The translations under genes and the position numbers were made by a program. This document shows, one piece after another, positions 20,371 to 31,303 of a stretch of DNA of 59,856 nucleotides; position 1 is the first letter of the stretch; each line of letters begins with the position of its first letter. Source of the DNA: Chrysochromulina tobinii. Its lineage: Eukaryota. Below the pieces are notes generated by a model. The model was not told the DNA's origin, did not search any database, and saw nothing but the letters and a program-made list of their open reading frames with translations. The stretch spans positions 1 through 59,856 of the forward strand of contig JWZX01003346.1 of the NCBI GenBank assembly GCA_001275005.1, read 5' to 3'.

Positions 20371-23049
20371 ATGGCGGCCGCCGCTCCAAACGAGCCGAAC
20401 CTGATCAGAGTGGACGGAGCACCGCCGGGAGGGCCGTCGGCAGCTCTACCTCGCTCTCCTGATGCCGCAGCCGTCGCGCGAAAGCTCAAGCAGGCGATCG
20501 TGCAGTTCATGCATGGCGATTCCGACGAGCGCCTCGTGGCTGCCAGGGCGCTGTACGACACGGCGGGCGTGAGCATCGTCATGTGCAGGCAGCTGCTACA
20601 GGAAGCGGGCGCGGCGCTCGTCGCGGGGCTCGACGAGCAGCTGACCAACGACAAGGCGTTCGTGCTCGTCGTGCTGCTCACGCTCAAGCGGATCGCCGGC
20701 CACCTGACGATGGAGGTGAACGATCTGAGAGTCGCGCCGCCGCTGGTCGCGCTGTTGCGGTCGTCCACAGCGTCACTCCGGCGCCACGCCGCCGCCTTGA
20801 TCGAGCTGCTCTGCGCCGAGGACGAGGCGGCCAAAAGCTTGCTCAACGCGGGCGTCGCTCCCGTGCTCTTGCGGCTCGCCCTCGGCGAGCGTGGTGATGG
20901 CGACGACGGTGGCGGCGGTGACGACGCCGGTAGCGGCGGGCAGGGCGGAGACGCCGATCGCAGCGGCGGCCACGGCCGCCGCCGCCGTGGCTGCAGCAGC
21001 GACGACGGCGCAGGCATCAGCAGCGGTGCCGCCGTGTTATGCGCATGCACGGTGCTATGCCGCCTAGCTGAAGACCGAGACACGCGCTATCAAGTTTCGA
21101 CTGCCTTTGTCGAGCACACGGGCCTCGTGCTCGCGCTCGTGGCGCCTCTCGAGTACGATGCGCCCGCGGAGGCCAAGCAAGCGCAGCAGCAGGTGCTCCG
21201 CGCCATCGCCGCCCTCGGGGTGATAGGAGAGTTCAAATCGTCCCTCGCGGCAGAGGGCAACTTCATAGGCCTGCTGTTCCAGCTGCGTGACTCGGCGATC
21301 GCGGGCGTGCCGGCGCTCGCGCACGCGATCGCGGCACACTGGGATGACGACTTCCTCGGATGGGCCTGGCAGACGTGCGCCTCGTGCAAGCAGGTGCGCA
21401 GGATGGCCACTCTGAGGGCTGACGAAGCTCTGAGGGCTGACGAAGGGCGCTCTTCTTCTCTTAATAGCCTCTCTCTCCTCTCCCCCGCTCCTCATCCTCC
21501 CTCCACCCTCCTCCCCCACCCCGCGCAGGTGGCCGCCGAGCTGATGCTCGACCCCGAGACGCCCATCGGGCCCGCCGACGCCTCGGGCGGCGTCGAGCGC
21601 TACACCGTACAGCTCTTCACGGCCCATCGGATCCTGAGGGAGTTCCTCAAGCAGGCACGTTGATTGCCACTGATGGCCTGCCGTGCATGCAAGTGCTCAC
21701 CACAGCGCTATCGGCTCCCCGTCTGCCAATTGGAAGGCGATTGCGACTGATGACCTACAGTGCATGCACGCGCTCACCACGACGCTCCTCTCTTCCTCAA
21801 ACAGGCCGATGAGGTGACGCATGGCTTGCTGCGCCTGCAGGCACAGCTCGATGAGGGCGTGGCCCTCACCGAGAGGTACGCCGGCGTGCTTCGTCAGCGC
21901 TTCGTCATCGGCTCCGACCCGTCGGACGCGCCGGCAGACCCCGACGCGCCGCTTTCCGCTCCACGCGCCTTCGAGGTGCACAACCGACAGCTGGCGCGCC
22001 AGCTCGGAGACCCGCGGCCCTCGGCATGCAAGTGCTCACTACGGCGCACCCTCGCGTCTCCCCACAGGTGCACAACCGACAGCTGGCGCGCCAGCTCGAG
22101 GCCTCCGCGCAGCAGGTGCGCACAAGCTACCGGCAGCTTCTGCTGCACTGCAGCCTGCTCCTCGACGGCGAGCGGACCGTGCAGCGGGCCGAGGGACACC
22201 TTCGCGAGCTCGACGAGCTCGTTCGCGCAGGGAAGGCGGTCGAAGTGACGTTCCTGTGGAAGCAGCAAGCACACGTCGCGCTGCGCCGGGCGCTCATCGG
22301 CCTTTCGCTTCGTCTTGAGCTCCATGTGCGTGCCCTTCTCGCCCAACGCGAGGGCTCCGGCTCGATGCTCGGGCTCGCGGAGCAGGTGCGTCTCGTCAAT
22401 TTCCTCTGATTGCCTCTGATGGCCTCTGATTGCCTCTGATTGCCACTCTCGATCGTATGGTGGAGCAGGTGCGTCTCGTTCATGGCCTCTTGATTGCCTC
22501 TGCTGATGGCCTCTGCTGATGGCCTCTTCTTGCACGCGATCTTGACCCTCCGGGTCGCGGAGCAGGTGCTCGAGGGGCTTCCGCTGCTTCGGAAGGAGGC
22601 GACGGCACTCGAGGGGATCGCCGACGCCGCCGACCGTCTCAAGAGGCGAGGCCTGGGCGAGGGCGGGGCGGGCATGGAGGGGGAAGCGGCCATCCCTGCC
22701 CCCTCCCCCTCCCCCTCCGCCTCCGCCTCCGCCGCCTCCCTTTCGTTTGCGTCCCGCTCCCGACCGGCGCGTACGCTCACCGGCGTGGCGCACGCAGCCA
22801 GCGCCTCCTCGTTCACAGTCTCGAAGCGCCCCCCGCGCCGTGCCGCCTCCGCATCGCGCCTACTCCACCCAGGCCGCCTCGGTGGTAGCCTCAGTGGTAG
22901 CCTCGGCGGCTGCAGTGGCGGCTGCAGTGGCGGCGTGGCCAAATCGCCGAGCGGCGCGACCGCGAGCGCCGACGCAGCCGCGGCGGGAGCAGCGGCGGCA
23001 GGAGTAGATGCGGCGGCAGGAGCGGCGGCAGCAAGCGCGAAAGGCAGCA

Positions 23050-23086
<37 letters not shown>

Positions 23087-25738
23087 GAGCGGCGGCGGCG
23101 GCGGCGGCGGCGGGAGCTGGCCATCCAGTGGGGGCTACCTGAATCCGATCTCGGGCTCCGAGATCATGCCCAAGACGACGCCGATCTCGGGCTCCGAGAT
23201 CATGCCCAAGACGACGCCGATCTCGGGCTCCGAGATCATGCCCAAGACGACGTCCCCCCGCCATGCCCCCGCGTGGCTCAGCTTGAGTCTGAGCCACCCA
23301 AGCCTCGGTCGTCCACTCACACCCTCGGTGCTCACCTACCGGTCGTTGCCGGCGCGTGAGCAAGCGGAGGTCGCGAGCGAGACGCGACTCGCCCTCGCCA
23401 TGGCAGCGCGGCGCCACGGCTCTGCCAACGTCCTACTCACGGCGCGGTCGGCTGCGGCCGACCGACCGAGCGCCGTACCGAGCGAGGCGGCGCTGCTCCC
23501 CGAGCGCCGTACCGAGCGCACCGACGGCGGCGCGAGTGGCGGCGAGGGCGAGGAGGCCGAGGGCGGTGGCGCTCGGTACGGCGCTGACGGCGAGCTTGGC
23601 GACGACGAGGGCGGTGGCGCTCGGCACGGCGCTCACGTGCGCTTCGAGTCCGACGAGACGAAACCATCGATGACGAAACCATCGATGACGAACCCATCGA
23701 TGACGAAACCATCGATGACGAACCCATCGATGACGAAACCATCGATGACGAAACCATCGATGGCACCACGGCCGTCCCAGGCACCAGCACCGCCGACGAC
23801 GCCCGGTCGACCCTACTCCGCGGGCCTGCTGCGAGCGCCCAACACGGCGCTGTCGAGCGGCCGCCCCACCTCGGCCGCGAGCACGCCCAACACGACGCTC
23901 GGTCGACCCGGCTCGGCCACGTCCACGCGCGCGAGCCTCGCGGGCGTCGTGCTGGGCGCGGGCACGGAGCCGCCGAGCTTCGCGAGCAAGCAGAGGCTCG
24001 CCACGCCCTTCCTCGCGTCCGACCCGCATGAGCGCCGTCGACGACGCCAGATGAGCGCCCCTGGCGAGACTGAGCTGCGTGAGCTCGTGACGAACCCTTC
24101 CAAGCTCGGAGGTCGCGCGAGATTTCTTCGGCTGCAGCAGATCTTCGAGGGCATCGACGAGGACTCGTCGGGCGCGATCTCGCAGCGCGAGCTGCGCACC
24201 TTTCTCGACCGCGCGGGCCTCGAGGTCACCGATCGAGAGCTCACCTCTGATTGCCTCTTGATTACCTCTGATTGCCTCTGATGACCGATGATTGCCTCCC
24301 TCATCAGGTCTCCGATCGGGAGCTCACCTCATGGATCGACAACTCGGCATTCGACAATAACGGCGAGGTCGAGTTTGTCGAGTTCATCGAGGTCATCAAC
24401 ATGCTCAGCCGGCGCGCGCGTGCGTACGAGCGCGAGAAGGCGGTGCGCGAGTACGGCGGCGGCGGTGCGAGCCCGAATGGTGCCGAGCAGTCTCGACAGC
24501 AGGCGGCGGGGGCTGCAGGGCGTGAAGACGCCGACGCCGACGCTGACACCGACGGGGAGGGGGGGGCCGACGACGCCCCCTCCCCGCCTCCCGCCGCCGC
24601 CGCTCGGGCTGGCGATCTCGAGGAGCTCGAGATCGAGACGGTCCTCAATGAGTCCCGCCGCAGCGCCGCGCCGCCGCCGCGCTGTGCCGCGATGGAGAGC
24701 ACGCGCCGCAAGGCGGCTCTCTTGTCTTATTACCTGCCCACGACGCCCTTCCAGCCTATGGGCATCGTCCGCAGCGCCGCGCCGCCGCCTTTGCTCACGG
24801 CGGACGCGCGGGCGGACTCGGCGCACTTCCAGCCTGCCGATGCGGATGACCGGCCAGCGATTCAGATGCACCGGTCGGAGCTCGCTGATCTGTTCCCACA
24901 GGCGGCGCACTACGCCACCGCCCTCGTCATTCACAGCTTCGTCGAGCCCACGGCAGCTGGGGCGACCGGCGGCAAGGCGGGCGGAAAGGGCGGCGACGAC
25001 AGCACGTCCGACGGCGTCCCTCTCATCACCCTATTGCAGCTACAGGCTTGGTCTCGCCTGACCGGCTTCCCCGACCTCTCGCCCCTCTCGGGGCCCCAAT
25101 GGCTGACCGTCCTCCTGCGCCGGATGAGCGTGGTCCCGGGCACCGCCCTCGTACTTGGCCCTGACGGCGCACCCATGCTCACGGGCGTGCGCTGCGCGGC
25201 GCCCGCGGCACGTCTGCCCCCCCTCGCTGGCTGGGATGCGCTACAGCTATTAGCGTGGTTTCGGTGTGCCCGGCTGCTCGATCTGCCCGAGGCATCGCCG
25301 CGCACGCTCGCCCGACTTCCCCTCGATCAGCTGTGGCCGACGCTTGGCAACTGCGTCAGCCAGACGCGCTCGCTCATCGTCGCCAACGGCGGCCGGCTCC
25401 AGCCGCCACCCGCGCCATCAGCGGCGGCCGCGGCCGTGGCGCTCAAGGCGGCGCTCGCTGGGGGAGATCTCGCTGGGGGAGATGGCGAGGCCGGCGTGCC
25501 GTCCGTGGCGCGTGCCGCTGCGCCCGCGACGGCGCCCGGCGCTCGCGCAGCCTCGCGCTACGACCAGGGCGCCCGCGTCGAAGGCTCGGTGCTCCTCGAG
25601 CCTCCGCCGCCGCCACCGCCTTCGCATTTGGTCGCTGCCAAGCTCGCAGGCGCGCGCCACCGGGCGGTCATCAACGCCGCGCCTACGTCTCGCTTGCGGG
25701 CGCGCAACAGCCACATGCTGCGGCGCATCGACTCGTGA
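20371..25738 (+). CDS. Large ARM-repeat/low-complexity/EF-hand protein; exons 20371-21393, 21529-21654, 21805-21975, 22068-22385, 22566-24224, 24308-25738
   Basis: Five phase-0 introns (one GC-AG) chain five ORFs. ARM-like helices lie at the N-terminus. The EF-hand pair DEDSSGAISQRE and DNNGEVEFVEF is joined across the last intron. Confidence 0.7.
21655..21804 (+). mobile_element. GC-AG intron made of two tandem family-A units
   Basis: Units 21655-21736 and 21737-21804 each carry gattgc.actgatg.cct...tgcatgca.g.gctcaccac. The intron end ttcctcaaacag|gc copies the upstream exon end ttcctcaagcag|gc. Confidence 0.75.
21976..22067 (+). mobile_element. Introner-like intron (family A), 92 nt, with perfect 33-nt duplication
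   Basis: aggtgcacaaccgacagctggcgcgccagctcg occurs at 21974-22006 and 22066-22098. Core gcatgcaagtgctcactacggcgc. Confidence 0.85.
22386..22565 (+). mobile_element. Intron made of two tandem TGATTGCCTC-filler units (family B)
   Basis: An internal ggagcag|gtgcgtctcgt at 22462-22479 repeats the donor context. The intron end gggtcgcggagcag|gtgc copies the upstream exon gggctcgcggagcag|gtgc. Confidence 0.75.
23145..23252 (+). repeat. Coding tandem repeat, 36 nt x3 (PISGSEIMPKTT), each unit with an 8-bp hairpin
   Basis: ccgatctcgggctccgagatcatgcccaagacgacg; gatctcgg pairs with ccgagatc. Confidence 0.9.
23657..23761 (+). repeat. Coding tandem repeat, 15 nt x7 (TKPSM)
   Basis: gacgaa(a/c)ccatcgat units. 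Confidence 0.9.
24225..24307 (+). mobile_element. Introner-like intron (family B), 83 nt, with 25-nt duplication (2 mismatches)
   Basis: aggtcaccgatcgagagctcacctc versus aggtctccgatcgggagctcacctc flank a tgattgcctc filler. The intron splits an EF-hand pair. Confidence 0.8.
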
Positions 25739-26069
25739 GATGTGCTAGAGATGTGCGGCCATGCCCGATCGCTACACACATCGTTCGCGAGCGAATCTCT
25801 ATTGTACATGATATGGGCATGAAAGTGGTCGGCTAACGTAGTAGCACGATCGTTAGCCGTCCCGGGTAGGAGAGTAAGGAGGCGAGGAGGTAGTCAATAG
25901 TCAAGACAAATGAGACCGCAGGTGGCTTTCCTTTTTCGAACTTTTGGGGCATGCGTGATGCGAAACCGAAAGTCATTCGACTATCGACCCTTTTTTGTCC
26001 CGGCACGCCCGTCGACTCTCTGAAGAAAAAACGACCTCGTCCTCTCAGTGACACTTCTTGGACCGCGTC

Positions 26070-27680
26070 ATGGGGAATATCGTGAGCATCAATCTGCCGT
26101 GCTGCTCGGAGCGCAAACCAGGAAGGCCGGAGCTGGACCCGGAGTGGAAGGCCACCCTGAGGCCACCCGTGTCTCCGAACGCTCGCGGATTCTGGAACGG
26201 TTTTGGAGAGACAAATGCTCGCGCCAAATGCACCACGTGGGCACTGGATGGACTGCCGCCAAAGGAGATTGAGAACGCGCGCTCCCTCGCTGCGGAAATC
26301 CTCTCGTACGCGAAGCGTGGGCAATGCGATCGAATCGAGACGCTGTTGGATGCCGAGGGCCTGTCCTTTGTGGAGACTCGTTTGCTGCTGAGTGCTACTG
26401 ACCTGGCTAATGGAGACACCGCACTCATGCTTGCTACTCGGCATGGGCACACCAGTACAGCCTACTTCTTGATCGAGAGGGGCGCCGATCTCAGCGCCCG
26501 CAATCGCGACGGCATGACAGCTGCCCAGCTGGGCGAACAAGAGGCCGAGCGCAGGAGGAGCGCAGCACTTCCACCAGAACCTCCATCAAGGGCATCTTGG
26601 CATGAGCGCGTTGCCATGCCTGCAAAGATCCGGCCTACGAGAAGCCTCTCCGTGCCGCAAGGAGCACGGGCTGCCATGTCGGAGCTGACCACGGTGCTTG
26701 AAGATCAGAGCCCTCGACGTGGTGCTCGTGAGCATGCTCTTCATGGCGCTCTGCATGGGGATCAGAGTGGGTCTCAGCACGGCTCCGAGCCTTACTCCGA
26801 TCCCGGTTCTGAGAGCCGTTCGGAGCCCAGCCGAGCTCCAAACGGTTCTCAGATGCCCTTCTGGATCTCCAAGGAGCGGCCGGGCAGCGCCTCGTCCTCT
26901 CGATCGAGCAGCTTCTCGAAGGCGAACCCGTCGCCGCGCGAGGTCGTCATCGACTGGAAGAGCGCGCGCGGCGACCCCAACAAGCCCATGAACATCTCCG
27001 TCAAGGACCTCGCCAAGAGGCTCAGCAGCGACAGTGACATCGCGGGCGAGGGCGGCGGGCCGGAGGCGGAGGCCGACATGGCCTTCCTCGTCCGGTCCTC
27101 TGGAAGCGCGACTCCGACAGAGACGAGCGAGAGCCTGAGCTACGCGGAGCGAGCGAGGGTCGCCGTCGAGCGACGCAAGTATGACGAGATCCGGCGTAAG
27201 AACGGCCTGGCCAGTGGGCCGACCTCGAGCACTACGACGTCGAGGACTGGCTCGAGGCATGGCTCGCGGACGAATAGCTTCTCCAAGAGCGGCGCGACGG
27301 TGGTGGAGGACGGGGAGTCAATCGGCGCTGCAGCGGCACGGGTCGCGCAACAACACGCCGAGTCGATTGCGTTGGCGTACGCCCGGCTGGTCGCGCAGCG
27401 GGATCGAGCTGACGATGAGGACGACGCGCACACGACTGCCTTGGCAGCCGAAGTGCACGCCGATGCTGACGCGCGCGTGGCGGCACGTGCGGCCGCTCAG
27501 CCGCCCTTGAGGGTCGGGCGCGTACCGCCGTCGCCACCTCCGCCGCCCCCGCCGCCTCCGCCGCCCCCGCCGCCTCCGCCGCCTCAGATGCATTTGAATT
27601 TGCCTGGGATCCCATTTCTCAACCGCGGGGTGCGTCACGCGGAGTCGTTCCCGATTCCGAAGAAGACTTCGGCGATCTGA
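26070..27680 (+). CDS. Ankyrin-repeat protein with probable N-myristoylation and poly-Pro tail
   Basis: MGNIVS...CC, ankyrin GDTALMLATRHGH...LIERGADLSARNRDGMTA and a poly-proline tract. Confidence 0.75.
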   Translation: MGNIVSINLPCCSERKPGRPELDPEWKATLRPPVSPNARGFWNGFGETNARAKCTTWALDGLPPKEIENARSLAAEILSYAKRGQCDRIETLLDAEGLSFVETRLLLSATDLANGDTALMLATRHGHTSTAYFLIERGADLSARNRDGMTAAQLGEQEAERRRSAALPPEPPSRASWHERVAMPAKIRPTRSLSVPQGARAAMSELTTVLEDQSPRRGAREHALHGALHGDQSGSQHGSEPYSDPGSESRSEPSRAPNGSQMPFWISKERPGSASSSRSSSFSKANPSPREVVIDWKSARGDPNKPMNISVKDLAKRLSSDSDIAGEGGGPEAEADMAFLVRSSGSATPTETSESLSYAERARVAVERRKYDEIRRKNGLASGPTSSTTTSRTGSRHGSRTNSFSKSGATVVEDGESIGAAAARVAQQHAESIALAYARLVAQRDRADDEDDAHTTALAAEVHADADARVAARAAAQPPLRVGRVPPSPPPPPPPPPPPPPPPPPQMHLNLPGIPFLNRGVRHAESFPIPKKTSAI

Positions 27681-28099
27681 GATGCGATCCTGACATTACG
27701 ATGTCGCTCTTGGGCAGCTGAGGCTCGACGGCGCGCGCGCACTGGCGGCAGAGGCGTCGCGCGAGGGGACGTCTGTTACGACTAACATGCATGCCGTGCT
27801 TACATGCGATCGCACCGTAGCTGCTTACATGTACGATGTCCCGGTATTAGTCTGAAGTAGCGAAGTCATGTAGCAAGTACGCTGTCGTGTACGGTACGGG
27901 GTACTCGAAGCGGCCTAGCGGCCGTTTACCCCGGCGTACGCAGGGTCGTGTATACGCAATCGGCTGTGAGTTGTGGTTTTATGGCTGCGAGCGTTTCGTC
28001 AGCCTGTAGCAGCACCGACACCCGTGCCGCGGTCCCGCGACCGTCACAGCTACCTTCACACTGTCTCGAGGTCTGTGCATTGACCATTGTTTCCGGGAC

Positions 28100-29512
28100 T
28101 CACTGTGTGAAGCAGCCTCGGTCCTCAGTTCCCCGCGCCAAAAGCTGCTCCGTGAGGCTCGCGTTTTGAACGTGAGCCTGCCGGCGGCGGCGGGCCGCAA
28201 GAGCGCTCGCCATAACCGTCGCTCCGATGCAGACACTGGCGAGCATGCCGCCGATGAGCGCAAGGCCGCTGACGGCCGTTTCGCCGATCTCCCCGGGAGA
28301 TTCGGATCCTAGTATGGTAGTCGGCGGGAGCAACCTCTGAGTGCCCTCTCGAAAGGCGAGGCCCCACGGGGATGAAACCGTCGGTGGCGGCGGCGACGGT
28401 GGCGACGGCGACGGTGGCGGCAACGACGGTGGTGGCCGTGGAGGCGGCATCGGGGGTGGTGGACAGGGTGGTGGCGGCGACGTCGGTAAGGGTGGGGGCG
28501 GTGCGGGTGGCGGTGGTGGTGGAAGCGCGGGCGGCGGTGGTGGGGGCGGCGGTGGGGGCGGCGGACTTGGTGGGGGTGGAAGAGGTGGAGGAGGCGGCGG
28601 TAGCGACGGTGGCGATGGTGGTGGAAGGGGCGGCGATGGACCCGACGGTGGCAAGGGCGGTGGCGATGGTGGCGATGGCGAGGCGGGAAAGGGGGGCGGA
28701 GAGGGTGGCACGTCTAGCGCATAGACGCGCACGTAGTCGATCAACAGCGTCGTCCCGGGCGCCTCCAGGCTCTTCTCATCTGGGGGTTCGCCGGGCCCGT
28801 TGCCACCCACTGCAAGGTTCAAAATGAAGTACATGGGTGCGACGTATGGGTACTGGTCGGTTTGGCTCGTCGCAGTGAGGCTAGCGTCAGCCGCGCGTGC
28901 ATAGCTCCATATTGGCGCGGCGTCCTCATCAAAATAAAAGGAGACCTCATCCGGAGTCCATCGCAGCCACCAAGTGTGCCAACCGGGCTGTGCGTCGTCG
29001 AGAGGGCCGAGCTCCGCACATCCTCCGGCAAGCGGATCCTTCGTGCCCCAGCTGTGCATGTTATTGTGCACACAGGAACATGTGTTGCGGCCGCGGCGGC
29101 GGCCAAAGACCTCCATGATATCGATTTCGCCGCACGTTGGCCATCCCACCTCGTGCACATTCGAGCCCAACATCCAGAAGGCTGGCCACAGGCCTTTCAG
29201 GCACGGGGCGTTCATGCGCGCCTCCACGACGCCAAAGGTGAACTCGAAGAGGCGGTACGTGGAAATACGGGACGACAGGATCAAATTCGACTCGGGGTCG
29301 CGGATTGCCGTGATGGACAACACTCCGTCGCGTAACGACGTAGTGCGGGCTGTGTAGTTAGCCAGCGCTGAACTTGGGACGGCGTACTGCTGCATCTCAT
29401 CGTTCAGCGCTGGCGCCATCGATGCAGACGGCTCGTAGCGCCATTTACCCGCGTCAAGCGTGTCACCTTCGAAGTCGTCCGACCACACCATTTTGCCTTT
29501 CGGCGGCGCCAT
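28100..29512 (-). CDS. GH16 beta-1,3-glucanase (laminarinase)-like protein with Pro-rich stalk and C-terminal TM helix
   Basis: WSDDFEG, WPAFWMLG, WPTCGEIDIMEVFG (intact ExDxxE) and ILNLAVGG, then a poly-Pro stalk and hydrophobic helix. 5' end uncertain. Confidence 0.85.
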   Translation of the reverse strand: MAPPKGKMVWSDDFEGDTLDAGKWRYEPSASMAPALNDEMQQYAVPSSALANYTARTTSLRDGVLSITAIRDPESNLILSSRISTYRLFEFTFGVVEARMNAPCLKGLWPAFWMLGSNVHEVGWPTCGEIDIMEVFGRRRGRNTCSCVHNNMHSWGTKDPLAGGCAELGPLDDAQPGWHTWWLRWTPDEVSFYFDEDAAPIWSYARAADASLTATSQTDQYPYVAPMYFILNLAVGGNGPGEPPDEKSLEAPGTTLLIDYVRVYALDVPPSPPPFPASPSPPSPPPLPPSGPSPPLPPPSPPSLPPPPPPLPPPPSPPPPPPPPPPPPALPPPPPPAPPPPLPTSPPPPCPPPPMPPPRPPPSLPPPSPSPPSPPPPTVSSPWGLAFREGTQRLLPPTTILGSESPGEIGETAVSGLALIGGMLASVCIGATVMASALAARRRRQAHVQNASLTEQLLARGTEDRGCFTQ

Positions 29513-30305
29513 CTCGCAAAGCAAAAGCGCGTGAGTTTCGCACACGCGATGACATTTTTGACGAGCTGTGGGAGATTCAGATTGAGATTTACGTGAAGAC
29601 CATCGGACCAGGTGAAGCAAGCAAGCAAGCAACACTCGGTTGCGCTTGTTTAAATACTTGTTTTCGTCTAATTGCTTGCTTCGGACCACAGGTGAAGGGC
29701 TCTAGGCTGCAGCGCGAAACGGCGAAGGCTATAGATAATAGAAAGGCTAACGCACCGATGCGCGATGGAGCCTCCTCGCTGTTTGAGTACGGCCAAGTAA
29801 ATATCATCTAAAGTCGCAGCGATAACAGAGAGTGCACGACACGCACGCACCGCGCATATGCTCATGCACACAAAACACGCGTCTGTCGGCGCATGCCAAA
29901 CAGGCGCATCGACAACCTGGGATGGGTGGTCAAAAGATCTGGCCGCCGCGCGCAGCTCACATTACAGAGGCGGCGGCCTCTCGTCGAGAGCGGAGATCAT
30001 ATCGGAGATTCGACGTGACGGAAGCCGCGCGGAACCGAGATGCTCTCTGACATGGTAGCTAGAGCGTGTGGGGGGTGAGGCAGGGGGCGAGGCAGGGAAC
30101 CGAGGCGGCGTCGGCAGCACCGTCTGACAGAGGCGGCGACGACTGATCAGGGCAGATCATCATATGGACGGGCAGCACCGTCTGACACAGGCAGCGATCC
30201 ACGTTGATCTCCGGTGTTCGGACCCCACAGCACGGCCTTCACAGCACGGCCTTCACAGCACGGCCCTCGGCCGCGGCGGCGGCGAGGGCGGCGGCGCGCC
30301 GAGCT

Positions 30306-31097
30306 CTAATTGATGCCTCGCACGCGCCCGTGCCGACCATCGGCGCGCCACGGCGTCGTTGTCGAGCTATCCCAGGATCCAGCGTCGAACTTCAAGAACC
30401 TCGTGGCGCCGCCGTTGTCCAACTCGGTTGCGGTCGCATTCTCGAGGAGGTCGGAGTCCTCGACCCCCTTGCGGTTCTTGTGATCCTGGACCCACGGCTC
30501 GGTGGCACCGGGCGCCGGCTTAATGCCGCGCAGCGAGTACGGCACCGAACGGAACGGCTGGCTGTTCCACGCCGGTGCCGGCTTGATGCGCCCCGGCTTG
30601 ACCGACACCCGCTGCTCAGCGTAGTCGATCCGATACTGGCTGAGCGGCGGGTCCATGTCCATGCCGTAGCGCGTGGGCATGGCGTAGTCGGTTGTGTCGA
30701 TCGCGTACTCGCCCTTGTTGTAGAACTGCGCGTCGATCGCCCAGGGCTCGCGCGTCTGCGGCTTGATGTGCCAGAGACTGGGAGGCGGGTTGCGGTGGGG
30801 TGACGGATCCCAGCCGGCCTCGAGGAAGCGCTCTTGCCGTCCGGTGAGCTCACGCGCCGACATCCGCTGCGACCCTGGGCTCGCGCCGAGCATCTCCATC
30901 AACTCGGCCACCTCCGCCTCCTCGTCCACGTCGGCGCCCGCGAGGCCCGCATACTTATCAAACAGCGAGCCGCCGCCCGCGGCCGCGCTCCCCTCTGACT
31001 TGGGATCCGCCTGCTTGCGCATCGCCGCACGCTTCTTGTCTACTGCCGCACCGCGCTCCTTGGCGCGGCGCTCCCGCTCTGCCAACGAGAGGCTCAT
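30306..31097 (-). CDS. Hypothetical protein
   Basis: ORF from MSLSLAERE with strong GC3 bias. Confidence 0.65.
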   Translation of the reverse strand: MSLSLAERERRAKERGAAVDKKRAAMRKQADPKSEGSAAAGGGSLFDKYAGLAGADVDEEAEVAELMEMLGASPGSQRMSARELTGRQERFLEAGWDPSPHRNPPPSLWHIKPQTREPWAIDAQFYNKGEYAIDTTDYAMPTRYGMDMDPPLSQYRIDYAEQRVSVKPGRIKPAPAWNSQPFRSVPYSLRGIKPAPGATEPWVQDHKNRKGVEDSDLLENATATELDNGGATRFLKFDAGSWDSSTTTPWRADGRHGRVRGIN

Positions 31098-31303
31098 GGC
31101 GGCGCAGCAGACGAGAGGATGCAGGGTCCAAGCCTCCCCAAAGTTTCCGAAGTTGTTTTTGGGCGTTTCACTCGACTCACCCTGACTCACCTAGGATTGT
31201 CTTGACATGATTTGAATTTGACTTTGACTTGAGTCATGTCAAGTCTACATGAACAATGGACTTGACTTGACTTTCAATTACAATTGTTACTGGTGTGAAC
31301 GCG

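Noticed and set aside
22026..22067. ORF starts such as MQVLTTA, MHARAHH (21760) and MPLMTDDCL (24272)
   Set aside because: These are translations of intron cores, not genuine N-termini.
28341..28724. Glycine-rich ORF on the + strand
   Set aside because: It is the reverse complement of the polyproline stalk of the GH16 gene.
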